From the NCBI GenBank assembly GCA_965202585.1, contig OZ241834.1:8184001-8248000 (forward strand): a stretch of DNA of 64,000 nucleotides. The letters are read 5' to 3'. Shown here piece by piece: positions 1 to 12,769 of this stretch. The notes beneath the pieces are model-generated. The model had not been told where the DNA came from and ran no database searches. It saw nothing but the letters and a program-made list of their open reading frames with translations. A program made the translations under genes and the position numbers. The stretch comes from Thalia democratica. Taxonomy: Eukaryota. Positions within the stretch are counted from its first letter, which is position 1; every line of letters begins with the position of its first letter.

Positions 1-399
1 TTACAGAAAAATTCTAATTTTCAACTTCTCTTTTTTCAAATATAACAAAAACTATCTTTTGTTAGGACAAATTAGTTGAAATATTGAAGTTTTATTACTA
101 TGTTTATATAAATTTATGTTTTATTAGCAGCTATTTTATAACCTCCTATCTACTCAAGTTTAACAATTTTTTTCAGTTATATGTAGTAAACGTTGGAGTT
201 AAAACAAAGGGATGTATTCAACATAAAAAATAAATAAATAATATTTTGTTCTCAAAAATTTGCTTTTTATATAGTCTACTTACAACATAAAAACTTTTAT
301 TCCAAGCTTACACTAACAACTTTTTCTAAATAAATATTAAATTGATAAAAATGATGGGAAAATCTATCTTGTTGTATTTTTAAACTTATGACAAATTTG

Positions 400-1310
400 C
401 GATGATGCACACAAATGGCCATCAAGCTAACATTTATTTTTAGATCACATAAATCTGAACACAAAAGCGCATCTGTAGATAAGCAGAAGCCTTAGTAGCG
501 GACGGAAACCATTTTAACGTGTCATCTTGACACTTTTTATTCAACAGTTCAGTGTTTGCGAGGTAGCTGATGTGTGAAAAGGCGACAAAAGCTGCCTGTC
601 AAACGTGTATCTGTTCATTCAGTGTAAAACATCGGCTTAAAACGCTACCCCTAAAATCACCATTAACATTGCTTTGTTCGCGAAGAATTCGTCTTTTTGC
701 GATTCCGGCTTATCGACGCGTTTTGAAGCCAAGCGAGCACCTGTGCACTATCAGCCAATCAAAATCTAGATAAAGACTCGCAATGCCAATCAAATCGCGC
801 TTAGCGGATGCGTTTAGTTTTCATATAGAGGCAAGCATGTTGGCGAAATAATATTGAGATATCTCGCAAACTTATCTAAATTTTGAGCAGTGGTAACCGA
901 GATCTAATGGAAATCCGTGGATAATTGACCGGTATCGGATTATTTTCATCTCGATAAATTTCTAAATTCGTATCGAACAAGCTGCCTGATATTTCTCGTA
1001 CATCTCTCACCACCTGACGTGCTACTTGTTGCACTTGAGATTTATCTGAGTTTTTGTTTAAAATTTTCTTGTACTTACTTATCCGCTTGAGCTAATCTGA
1101 CTTGAAAGCATGTAAATTTATATCGGTTTTAAGAGTAATTTTCTGCTATTAGCGCTACAGTCAAACGCTTACTTGTGTAGCTCACTTAAAAACTCGCTTA
1201 AGTGAGATGCTTTTTCTAAATACTTTGCGCAAACAAAACAACTCTCAAGCTCTGTCAAAACTTTGCAACAAAATACTGCGCACCAAACTTACTTGAATTT
1301 TCATAGATAT
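400..1310. promoter_or_regulatory. GC/CpG-enriched non-coding island, putative cis-regulatory module
   Basis: Abrupt rise in G+C and CpG over the AT-rich background, with no credible ORF. Contains inverted TGACA half-sites (gtgtcatcttgacac, about 519-533), inverted CACTTAA/TTAAGTG sites (about 1181-1207), a repeated aagctgcctg (about 589 and 980) and many GATA cores. Confidence 0.35.
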
Positions 1311-4300
1311 ATTTAAACGCAAAAGTTGTAAATAATGAAGCTACGTAAATAAGATAAACAATTAAAATGGGTGAATCACTCTACTGCGGTTACTTTTTAG
1401 ATCGTCATTTTTCCGTTAAAAACATTGTTGCATAGTTGGTACGTTTTTTTGTAAACAAATTACTTTTTTTTTAACATAATTGTTTTTCATTTTTTAGTTA
1501 AAAACGTTTCATCACGACCAAAAATAAGTTACTAAATCACTAACAACTATTTAAACTATTTAAATTGAAATTTAATAGTAAAGTACAAACGAAGACGCAG
1601 TTTATTCATGTACTTTTTTTTTTAAATTTATTCCTTTAAAATAATAAAAAACCATTCTTTCTTAAGTAATACATTTCTGCTTCGCATTGTATTTTATAAA
1701 TGTATAAAATAAATTTGAAATTTAACACTTGATTCTGAAGTTTTAAGAGCTATAGTTTTATTAAAAACCTTTGTTAACATATGTCTTTAACTTTTACAGT
1801 GATTTTTGTCAGTTTGTATACTAATTTTCTTACAAATTTAACTCACTGTAGATGCTGACTTAACTTTTTCAAAATACTTTTAATAATAACGCTACATAAA
1901 GACACGCATATGCAATCATAAAAACAGAACTTTTTTTTTTAAAGTACTTCATTTATACCTCTAAACTGCTAAAATTGAAAAAATCATTGGTATTTACAGT
2001 GATTTGCAAAAAAAAATTATTACCAAAAGTGTCCTATCACGATACAATCGAAGACCACGGTGGTAGAGTAGACAAGTTAAAGTTTAGCTGAAGTTATTAC
2101 GAGCAAATATCGATAAAAGCCATTTATCTCCAATCTAAACTCTGCGCGTCATAACTTTGCAATAGGGTAAAGTAGATAATTTTTATTGGATATCTAACGT
2201 TATATAAATTTCTTTTCACTTTACTTACAGCTTTTGAACTTTATATTTTGAACTTGTTTGCATTAATTACTGTACAAGTTTGTAAACGATTCAAACTAGC
2301 ATGAATTGCTTGTGTTTACGAAAACATATTAATCATTATAAATTGCAACGACTGTCAGTTTTATTTATAGTTCTTGTTTTTTGTATTCAGAAGACACATT
2401 TTAACAGTATAACTTTGTAATATACTCAGAGTTTTTTTGATTTTTATATTACTATTGTTTTCTGCAACTCTTTTAGAGTTAGAAATTGTTTTAACAAATC
2501 TTTTTTTTTATGTTTAACTAACAATTATGCACTAAAAACTTAATTTTACTTTTATGATGTCTTTTTTTTATTAGACTATTTATTAAGAAATGTATTAAAA
2601 AATGTTTAGTCAGAAAAACACAAAAACTAAATAATTTTTTGACATATTTAAACCTAAATATTTTTAAATAATTAGTAAGTTTCATACAGCTGCAGGTTCT
2701 TTTAACTAAACTACAAGATTCGTCTTTGTTTAAGAACAAATATTAGTCTTAAATATTTTGTTCATACCCCTTTTTTTATAAAAGTTTCATAAAAAGGAAA
2801 ACAAAACTAATTAATATTACTAAAGTTTCAGGTTGCACTGATAAATCAAAGACATTGTTTTATGTATAAATACCCAAAAAGTTGTATTAAGAAAAAAATT
2901 ACTGAAAAAACTAAATAATTTAAATTAGTTTAAAACCGTGATGTTTTTAAAAAGCTTAAATTTTTGTACTCTTCTAAATATACTTAGATGAAAACAAGTC
3001 TAAACAAAATCAATTTTTAATTTAAAACCTTAAAATTCAAATTTTGACCTTTATTTGTTTATTACCGAAAAAATAAGAAAATTCATAAAAAACTTCAAAA
3101 TACAAAAATAAGCAAAAGCAACAAACGTAACCTAACTGAAGCTGTAATGAGCAGTCTACTTAAGAAAAGTGTTTAGACATCGCCATTTTACAGCCTCATC
3201 ATCGGCTTAAAGAAATTGTAATGAGTGCTCATCAGATGGGAAGCCGAATAGAAGAGAGGAGAAGAAAAAGACGGCAGAAGGTAGAGATTTCCTTGTATGG
3301 ATGGTGAACAAAAATAGAATTTTTTGATTGTTTATGAATTTATAACAGTATAATAAGATATATTTTATTGTTTCAAAAAACTATTTTATAACAATAAAGA
3401 TTTTGATTACACTGTATAGCTTTATGCAATGAACATTTTAGCAAAATTTTAAGCAATTTTTGAAAGTTAATTTCTTTCTTCAGCAATTAAAAAACGAAAA
3501 TACTCACTAAAAAATAAAATAAAACGAACATAAATCAGAGTAAAGCAGAAAAGTAGTCAAAATATAACAAGAATAAACCCAAAACAGTAACTAACAAATT
3601 GTTCAAAGCAATTAACAATAAATTATAAACAAAGATTAGTTATGTCTTTATTGTTGCATAAAACTTTAGTTGGTAGCATTACTGATGTGAAGTTATTTGT
3701 GTGTTTGTCTTTAAAAAAAAATAAACAAAGCTTGTTTCAAATGTATTCTTGAAAAAGTATTTTGTTTCGTAACCAGCAATGCTTAACTCAAGTATTTGAA
3801 AATTTTGTATTCTAACTTTAAAAGGAACGTTTCTTTACAATATGCATATTAAAAGAATTATACATACTTAATGTGTTTTTTTACAAAGCCAAAATATACA
3901 ATACGGTTTTTAATTTGATGTTTTAAGGTTTTTCTCGTAAAATAATTGTTTATGAATACATTTGTGTGTCTAAAGATCTTAGTTTACATGTCTTTTATCT
4001 TAAAATTTATTTCATTTTACTTATAATACTGAAATTTAATGCAATGTATAATATACGGTTATAGTTATGAAACTTATATATGAAGGTAATAAAAAATTTA
4101 ATTTGTTGAAATTCTTAAAAACTGCTATTGTTGTCTGAACTTTAAAATATTAACTTTGTTAATGTTAAGAGTTTTGTTTTTTTATTTAAACTGTTCTTAA
4201 GTATTTTAAATTTTCTTTAACTAAAATAACAACTTTGCAATCGAAATTGTCTTTTTTTTATTGAATGATTAAAAAACCACAAGTGTATCGAGGTTAACAA

Positions 4301-5199
4301 AATGTAAAAATTAAAAAAAAGTAATTTGAAACAATACTTAAATAAAAAATAAGTAAACACTTTAATCATAAGTGATATTTTAGTTGTTTATGTCAATCAA
4401 CTACAGTGCAAAAATTAACACATTATAATATTAAAAAACTACATTGGAAATAAAAATAATAGAATAAAGCTGAAACTTTAGCTGTAAAAACAATTAAGTT
4501 CAATATTAAAAGCTCGTTAATGAGTTATAAATAGTAATGTAAGATAATTTTTTAATTTCAAGACTTTGAATGAGTAAAAATAAAAGTCAGTTATATACAA
4601 AAAATATACTCAATAGCCAAAAATTTTGAATAAAATTTTATAAAAAAAAAATTATGATTGTTTTGATACAAAAATGTTTTAGCTTTATGAAAAATTATAT
4701 TAATACATTTATAGATTATCTAAAAACCATGAACTTTCGAAGATATTTCTTGAAATTTAGTTTATAGATGTTTTGAAGTTTTAAAAACAATTTTTGGTTA
4801 GATATAAGTTCAAAACATGTTTAGAATGTCCTTATCGTTTTTTTTTGCAGATTAATATATTGTTTACGATCTTATTCTGAATAAGTTCTTTTTGATGCGA
4901 GTTTGATCATTTGCGATTTCAACTTTGTACAAAAAACTTGCTACTAAACTTTTTAAATTTTCATGAGAATAATTGTTTTAAGAGTTTTAAATTTTTTGTT
5001 TTGAGCACTTTATTTAAATTTTTTTTTAATCTTTATGCTTAAAAAAATACAGTTTTTAATTAAAATCACTGATAATTTTTAGCACAAAATGTACTTAATA
5101 TAAAATACTACTCTTAGGACAGTAATTTTTAATCTTAATTTAAGTCTTTAAAGCTTTTTAACAATTTTTTTTTCTAAAGTTATAAAAAAACTTTTTGAA

Positions 5200-6200
5200 T
5201 GTCAAAGACAAATACTGAATCAGATTAACAAAAACACCATTGGTGTAAAACCAACATGTGAACTCTGCAGAAAGCTACTTTTTCTTCAAACTACAAAAAG
5301 CAAAATAGAAAAGACTCACAACTTATACACGCGAAAAATAACAGCCGAGCATTTTTTTCACAAGATTACCTTGGGTGGTTTTTCAGCAAAAAAATTTGAG
5401 CGACGTATCGTTCGGGCCGATCAAAATTAGCGGCGAATAACAAAAATCGGCATTCAATTCCCTTTCAAGTTCTCACTTCAGTGTGTTCAACTTCTCAGGT
5501 GATTTGGACCACCCACATTGTATGCTACCTGCAAACTTGTGGATATCACAAGCATAAGCACAAATCCGATTCGACGCGCTGCCAAAAACGAATCGGTATA
5601 TCTCGTCGCTTAAGAGCACCTCTCGCTTTTTTATCTGCGTTATTACGTCACAGAGATAAGAGTTTAATTTAAGTGCATTACTTTACTTAAAAAGTTTGAA
5701 ATACTCGCCGCTGGTGAAGAAAACTTAAAAAAATTGTGAAGAAATGTTTTCAATTTTTTTGTTTTTAAACCATGACGAGCAAGGCTTAGCTGTATTTTTG
5801 TCTCACCACACAACACTGCACCTTGCCAATTTAATTTAAAGTGACAAAAAGCATAAACGAAAAATACTCAATTTATTTTTGCCGTTGAAGGCCACCCAAC
5901 AGGAGACAAGTGTATATTGCAGAGCACCAACAAAACGTGAAAATTGGAAGAAAATATTTGTTTAAACTTTCAGCATATAGGTCATTAGAGAAGCAATTAA
6001 AACCCGAGACTCTTAAAAACGAAGCAAAAGTTCACCTTTTGTTTCTTGCGCTTTTGCGTTTGTTTACTTGTGTCGAGCGCGCGAGCTAATTACCTTCGGA
6101 TTGTTGTGAAAATAAATTCGCTTCCAATTTCTATATTAAAAGGTTGCAGGCATGTTCACCTTTTGACGGGCTTTAAAACGAATAGTAAATTGTTTGTGGG
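5200..6200. promoter_or_regulatory. Second GC/CpG-enriched non-coding island
   Basis: CpG-rich tract without an ATG-initiated ORF (the 5481 and 6046 ORFs start at GTG/TTG). Has an 8-bp stem ccgattcg...cgaatcgg (about 5565-5596) and a CRE-like ttacgtca near 5642. Confidence 0.3.
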
Positions 6201-8700
6201 TTTTTGGTATGAACTTGTTAATTTTTCAAAGTTTATTATTAAACTGTGTCACTGGTTTTTTAGATCAAAGAATAACATTTAAAATTTTTAAGAACTTATT
6301 AGTTTATTAGTGTAATGAATATTTTGTAATATTTTTAATATCGTATATTTAAATTGACTTCTTATTTGATGTAAAAACTGCTTGTGACTTGATCGGCAAG
6401 AAAATAACAAAATGTTCACTTCTATTTGTATACATTTTTACTTCATAATAAAATACAAAATTTATTAGTGTCATGAAGAGTTTAAAAACAACTTATACTT
6501 TCAAACATAATTCTTACCTAATGTTAAAACTGCTTGTGACAAGATTTGCTTAAAAATAACAAAATATAAACTACCTTTTATTTACATTTATATTTAGTTT
6601 ATGAAATTTCAGATTTGAAATAATTATTAAATTGTGTTTGGTAAGTAGTGCTTAAATTAGCGAAATATAATGTATTTTTTTCATATTAACTTATAACTAA
6701 AAAAGCTAAAAAATAAATCTAAAACAAACGTGCGTTTTATTTAAGCTCACAAAAAACAGTAAATAAACTTATTTAACCACGTCTTAAAAGTATTGTTGTT
6801 AATAAACTGAATGGCTTGAAAAACACAGCAGTTTTTCAGTATAAAAACAATCACAGGATGTATGACAAATAGTTTACAACATTTAACTTTCTGAAAAGAG
6901 TTTGTTGCCATTTTAAAGTGAAGTATCTATTTTCCCTTGTTTTTCATTCTAGTATATTTGGTTATAGTCATAACTTAAAATACGTAAGAAAAAACTTTAT
7001 ACCAAAGCGTTAAATAACTAAAAAAAAATATCTTGACACATTTAGGTTGAATGCTTTAGAATAAAAGTAATTACTGTAAGTTTAAATTACTAAAAACTGA
7101 AAACAAATTTAATGGTTTTAAATGTTGTATATATTTTTTTGAATATGTTTACCTTAATCATTAAAGGTATCAATAGAAACTATTTTGTAGTTACGCCACT
7201 CTTGTTTTAGAGTATTATACCATTGTTGAAAAGCCGTAAGAGTTGTAATTTAAGTAGCAAGGTAACTCAAGAACAAAATAGTTTTTGTGGTTAGATTTTT
7301 CAATCAAACTTAAACATTTTTGTTAAATCAATAAAAAACAATTATTCCATTCAATAAAAGTATTGGATATATTGAGTTGTACTTGGCAACTTAGCGTAAC
7401 TTTATTGAATGTTATGAAGTGCTTCCCTCATATAATTATTTGCTTAAGGTAAGAAAATATTTAAACATTTATAACAGTAAATATTTAAAAGTATATTAAG
7501 ATAGTTGGAAAAAATAGTTAAATAGCATCCGCTTATTGACCTACGCCTTATTTTTATAAAAAACGTGACCCAACTCAAAATTTAATCATCAATTAACAGT
7601 TTGTGACAAAAAATAAATTTAGCGAGTTTTTCTATTGATTAAACTAACTGTTAAGTATCAGTCAAGTTCAAACTGACTTTTGAGTTCGTTTAAAACAATT
7701 GTTCTTCTAGTTGAAAAACGTGCATCTTTATATACGTTTTCTTAATTTACTTAAATTCTTTTTTTTAATGTATTGAATATAAAACTAACATTTTCTCACA
7801 GCAAAAACTTAAAATGGAATACGTTTTTATGAATTTTAAAAGTTAAGACTTTATATGATTGATACAAGCTAATGTTTACTTAAACACTCGACACTACTTA
7901 TTAGAACATCCGCACACTTTTTTTTTCTGTAGATATTAGTACAAATGATGATTATAACTTTAAAGTCCAAAGTTTGTATGTTATATTGTGATTCAAAAGA
8001 TTTAGCACAAATTTTACTTAAAATAAGCATCTTTTAAAATTATATTTAACTAAACTATTAACAGTTAGTTAATATTAATCGTAAAACGTACACATTTAAA
8101 AATAACTTGTTGAAATAAACACTTTATTTTGAACATCCGTTATTTAAAAAAATTTATTTTACTTGGTCACCAAAAAACATTTGCAGCTTATATATATAAA
8201 AAAGATTTCAGCTTTAAAAGTTTACTGATTTTTGTTTTTCTTTGAATGGATACGAAGTGCAAAAAAACTTTCTATTTAAGTAGGTCTACTTAAGCAAGTT
8301 TTAAATTAAGTAACTTTATACAAACTTTAAGTTAGTTTTAATTTATTTGGTAGTAGTACCATCGCATTGAAAACATTTTATTGTTGATAAGAAAACTAAT
8401 CATGTACTGGAATAATTTAGAAAAATCTTTTAAAATCAAGTAGTTTTGTGGTAAAACTTAAATTTATTAAAGCTTTATTTTCTAAAGTATAAGTACTTAT
8501 AAATTGACAGCTTGATTTTTATATTTTTATATAAGTTATTGTTCTAACTATATACAGTAAAAATGTATTGTTGTATGATCCTCGTATATGCTTTATTAAA
8601 ACATCTAAACTTTATTAATTAACTTATTAGAAAAAAAGTAAAAAACTATATGCTTTTTTTTTATCTCACTTTAAAAAATTCATTAAATATTGACTTAAAC

Positions 8701-9312
8701 CAGAGGCGTCGCTTGTGGTGTTACACTGCCGCAATTGCACCACTTTAAAACTTTGTAAGACAAAATTAAGTATCTATAACGTTTTCGTTATTTTTTAGTA
8801 CAAAATCTCTTATAAAACTCCAATTTAAAAAACGACCATTTTGCTCACTACACTGCCGCAAATGAACTCAAAAAAGCAAAATTTCTTCAAGAATTACCGC
8901 AAAAACAATATCTTGCGGTAAGTAAGCTAAGTTGACAACTCCCTAAAACAGTACCGGTTTAAGTATCACTTAACAAGCGATTGTAAACAAAAAATGAAAA
9001 CAAAAATTAGTAGAGCAGGGACAACTCGAGCAGAGGCAACTCGAGCAGAAGCGATTCGAGCAGAGGCAACTCAAGCAGAAGCGATTCGAGCAGCGCAACT
9101 CGAGCAAAAGCAACTCAAGCAGAGGCAACTCGAGCAGATGCAACTCGAGCAGGGACAACTCGAGCAGGGACAACTCGACCAGAGGCAGCTCGAGCAGAGC
9201 AACTCGAGGAGGGACAGCTCGAGCAGGGACAACTGGAGTAGGGGCAATTAAAACACCGGCAACTCGAATTTTTTTTTGGACTACCTGAGAAAAAAACCAC
9301 GCGACGCCACAG
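8701..9312. mobile_element. hAT-like non-autonomous DNA element (MITE) with internal minisatellite
   Basis: Imperfect terminal inverted repeats: CAGAGGCGTCGC at 8701 and GCGACGCCACAG at 9301-9312. cactgccgca occurs twice in the left arm. No clean 8-bp TSD visible. Related termini at 39890 and 54174. Confidence 0.65.
9013..9247 (+). repeat. 15-bp tandem minisatellite (consensus about CAACTCGAGCAGAGG), about 15-16 units
   Basis: Direct 15-nt periodicity with a recurring CTCGAG palindrome. Explains the QLEQ/ATRAE/SSR ORFs in the track. Confidence 0.95.
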
Positions 9313-9433
9313 GTACACGATACTATTGTAATTAATAGATTAGTAGTTGTTGTTTTATGTTATGTTTTTTCAATCTAATTTACAAAATAAAACTAAAACT
9401 ATGATACATTTATATTTAATTTTTTTATTGAAG

Positions 9434-11072
9434 GTTCCCTGTGAGCAAGATCGAGTTACTCTTGCCGACAGATCAAATGTTACAATAAATGTGCCTAGTT
9501 ATGTTACTCTCAACAAAATAAATCTGGCTGGAAATTTTTGATTATTTTCAAATGGCTAACCTTATTTTTTTACGTTTACGTATGTTAACTAATAACATAT
9601 TAAATTTTCAAACTATACTTTATTTCTTAGTTTTGATATAAAAAGCTGTTTTGAGCTACCTAAAACGAAGTATACGTTTGTGGTACCATACAAAGACATG
9701 TGCAACCGCAAATATTTCAGAACAAATGTGCAGTAAAAACTCTTTTTGTTATATTTGTTTAGTTTCTACTTCTTTGTTTAAGTTTTACATTGAACAAAAC
9801 TCAGGTACCTGTTTAAACTTTTTATAATATTTTTTGAAGTTATTTAAGTACAAATAAAAATTAAACTAACTAACTTATCTTGAAAATTTAGAGAAAAATT
9901 TTATTAAGTTTTCAGTTTAAGTATAAAGCTTATTTTTTATGCCGAAAACTTGTTTACATATTTCTACCTTAATTTGATTTAAAACTGTTACAAAACTGTT
10001 TTATTTTAAAAGTTATTATTAATAATAGAAAAATGTAAACTGCAAAAGATTGTTTTTATCAAAATTGTACGTTTTTATTAAATATGTATATGTATTTGTT
10101 TTCAATGTCGCACTATGTCTAAAAAATTTATGAAATAAAAGTACTGTTTCATAGCAACAAACGACTACGAGGTTAGTGACGTAACAATACAGATGTCGGG
10201 TGACAAAACCGATGTAGTTGGTTCAGGAGTTTTAACAGGCCTTATAATTGGTATCGTTGTTGGTGGTAGCTGCTTTATTGTTTACTGGGTATCGAATTCA
10301 TTGTAACGGGTCAGTGTTTATATAGTTAAAGTACTAATTACAGATAAAGTGTTTATTAATTTGTTATATTCAAGCCTTAGTGTTTAAAACTAATATGAAA
10401 TTTAAAAAAATCATATAGTTATTTATAAGAATTTGAGAAACACAAGCTTAAGTTGAAATTAAATATCTATTTATCTAATATGTAATTTTTTACATGACCG
10501 TTTTAGTTAATTTATACAATAAATGTAAGGGATTAGATTTGAAAGTAAGTCTTCCCAAGTTTTGGAAGACGCCCTTTACCGGAGAAACTAATCCGATATG
10601 TCGTCGAGCGAAGGAGGGGTTCGTTTATTAATCTTGTATTTGTTGTTAATCCCTACCAAATTAAATAAAAAGATTAAAAATCTTGTTTTCAGTTGGTTAT
10701 AATTAAAAGAAAAATCATCTAACTTTTGGAGCTTAGAATATTGAGTACTGAACAGACTAATTTTTAAACAACAATTTATTTTTAATACCATGGTTATGAC
10801 ACAAGTTTTTTACAAACGAAATTCTACTTGATTATGTTAAATTAGCTTGAAACTTCGAAGTTTCACAACATAAATTTAAATAGTTAGTTATTTGTACAAC
10901 AGTAACGTAAGTTATTAAATAACAGTCAAACAGTGGAAGTGTATCGGAGAACAAGGAAAGTTCAACAACTGTCGGTCAACAAGTCAACAGGGACAGTGGG
11001 CTACCGGAAGCACTCAGCAGCGACTTTGGTGTCAGCTTCCCAAATATTTCCTACCATGAAAAAGATTTGTAG
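9434..11072 (+). pseudogene. Exons of a type I single-pass membrane protein, frameshifted as assembled (weak amnionless/G8-like resemblance)
   Basis: AG/GT-bounded segments near 9434-9570 (VPCEQDRVTLADRSNVTINVPSYVTLNKINLAGN), 9631-9732, 10156-10309 (TM-like GVLTGLIIGIVVGG; the next frame gives VAALLFTGYRIHCN) and about 10926-11072 (tail ...DFGVSFPNISYHEKDL*). Joining them requires indels. No 5' exon identified. Confidence 0.4.
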
Positions 11073-12769
11073 TTTAATAAATTGATAGTAATGTTTTACA
11101 AGTTTTGTTGTTATCATTTTCTTTTGGTTTATTTCTAATAAGCTGACTATAAATTTATGCATATGAACAGATCCATTTTGTAAAAATATATAGTTATTTT
11201 GTATAAATGCTCATTAATTCACTGAATAGAACTCTTGCACTTTAATATAATCACAAATTTAACATAAATTATAATTTATTGTTTTGTATTATAATTCGTT
11301 ATTTAATAAACTGAAGAAATGAGATAGAGGAATGTTAAATAAATCGTTTATAAGAATTGATAAACGTATAAAAGTTAAAAAGAAAAATTGTTAGCTTAAG
11401 TAAGTTTTCCGAATTTTTATTGAAAAATATTTGTCATATAGTGGTTATTAACTCATTTTCTACCAAATGCTATTACATGATTATAATTAAAAAAACTTAC
11501 ACTGATAATTGTTTTAAAAGTAGAGTATTACATGAAGCTTAATCTAACTTTTTTAAAATAAACCTTATAACAAAAGTATTAATACAATTAAACATAACAA
11601 TAAGTTAAAAACAACTTTGATTAAAATGAAATATAACAAGTTTATATAAAATGAAACACCTTTTTTTATTTAATAAAAAGTTTAAGAATGTTGTAAAACA
11701 AATGTCGTACTTAATAACTTTTACTGCTTTAAAAACTTTGCTGGTAATTAAATTTTAATTATCGATTGTAGTCATATGCTAACTGAAAAGTTTTAGTCTA
11801 GAAAGTTTATTAAAAACCAATAAACACTTTAACTCACTTTGATATTATAACAGATCCATTTTTGTTAACTTTATACGGTCAGTCAGTTAAAATGTAAGTG
11901 AAATTTTTAAGAAAAGTCTTCTTAACAAAAAAACATGTGAAGTAAACTATTGAGGTGTAGATGTTAAAGTTATTAAAGGTAAATTTAAAAAATAATCATG
12001 TATATCGAAGTCTTTTTATGTTTGTATATTTTATTGTTATGCCTTATTGTATTTTGTCATGCATTTAGTACTATTTAGTTTTATAACTTGTTATAAATCA
12101 TTTTTTAATTAACATAATGCTTTTAAATTAATTTAAATATAATTAGAAAGTTATCATAAGTTTTACAAAAAAAATTATAACCGTAACAGTTTGGATGAAT
12201 AATCTTAAACTATAAAAATGTTCTGCCTGTATTATTTTGAATTCATATTTAGATATATATGTTGTACTCATCTTCTTAAAACTTAGTATTTATCTCATTA
12301 TTACGAATAGTAATTATAATTGCTAATACTTAAGCAGTATATGTTAAGTTGATCACCAGCTAGTTGTAGTTAGTTTTACAGTTATTTAAAAAACGTTTCA
12401 ATTGATTTGTTAAAGTCAAACGTTTTAATAAATCAGAGGTTAGAAGTAAACTTATCAAAATATGTCTTTAGCGGCATTTAGCGATAAAAAAACTTTTAAA
12501 TAAAAAATAAACATCTTAACACAAAAAAAACACTAGTTTGAAGCTGTTTTTTCCTACTAAACTTAACCTTATTAGTTATGAAAGTTAGTTGATAAGCTTT
12601 TTATTACTCTTACTGTTTTTATTTAGCAAATTTAGTACTAAACACAAAAAACTCTTTTATTTAATGTAACAATAGTTTTGATATAAAAATTTTTTATAAG
12701 TATTTATGTATACAAAAGCAATAAATGTTTTATTGACAACTATGTGTAGTCAAAAATACTTTATTTGTA

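Noticed and set aside
3195-3260. CTGATGAG on the minus strand as a hammerhead or C/D snoRNA
   Set aside because: No GAAA core or closing stems for a hammerhead, and no properly placed box D or terminal stem.
570-6282. Short ORFs 570-773, 2518-2739, 5481-5672 and 6046-6282
   Set aside because: Non-ATG starts or low-complexity translations, no recognisable motifs and no phase-compatible splice partners.
9013-9247. CRISPR-like array
   Set aside because: Contiguous 15-bp units with no unique spacers, a eukaryotic context and no cas genes.
8970-9318. ORFs 8970-9173, 8994-9251 and 9115-9318 as pentapeptide-repeat proteins
   Set aside because: They are frame readouts of the 15-bp minisatellite inside a MITE; the + ORF switches repeat register midway because of an indel.
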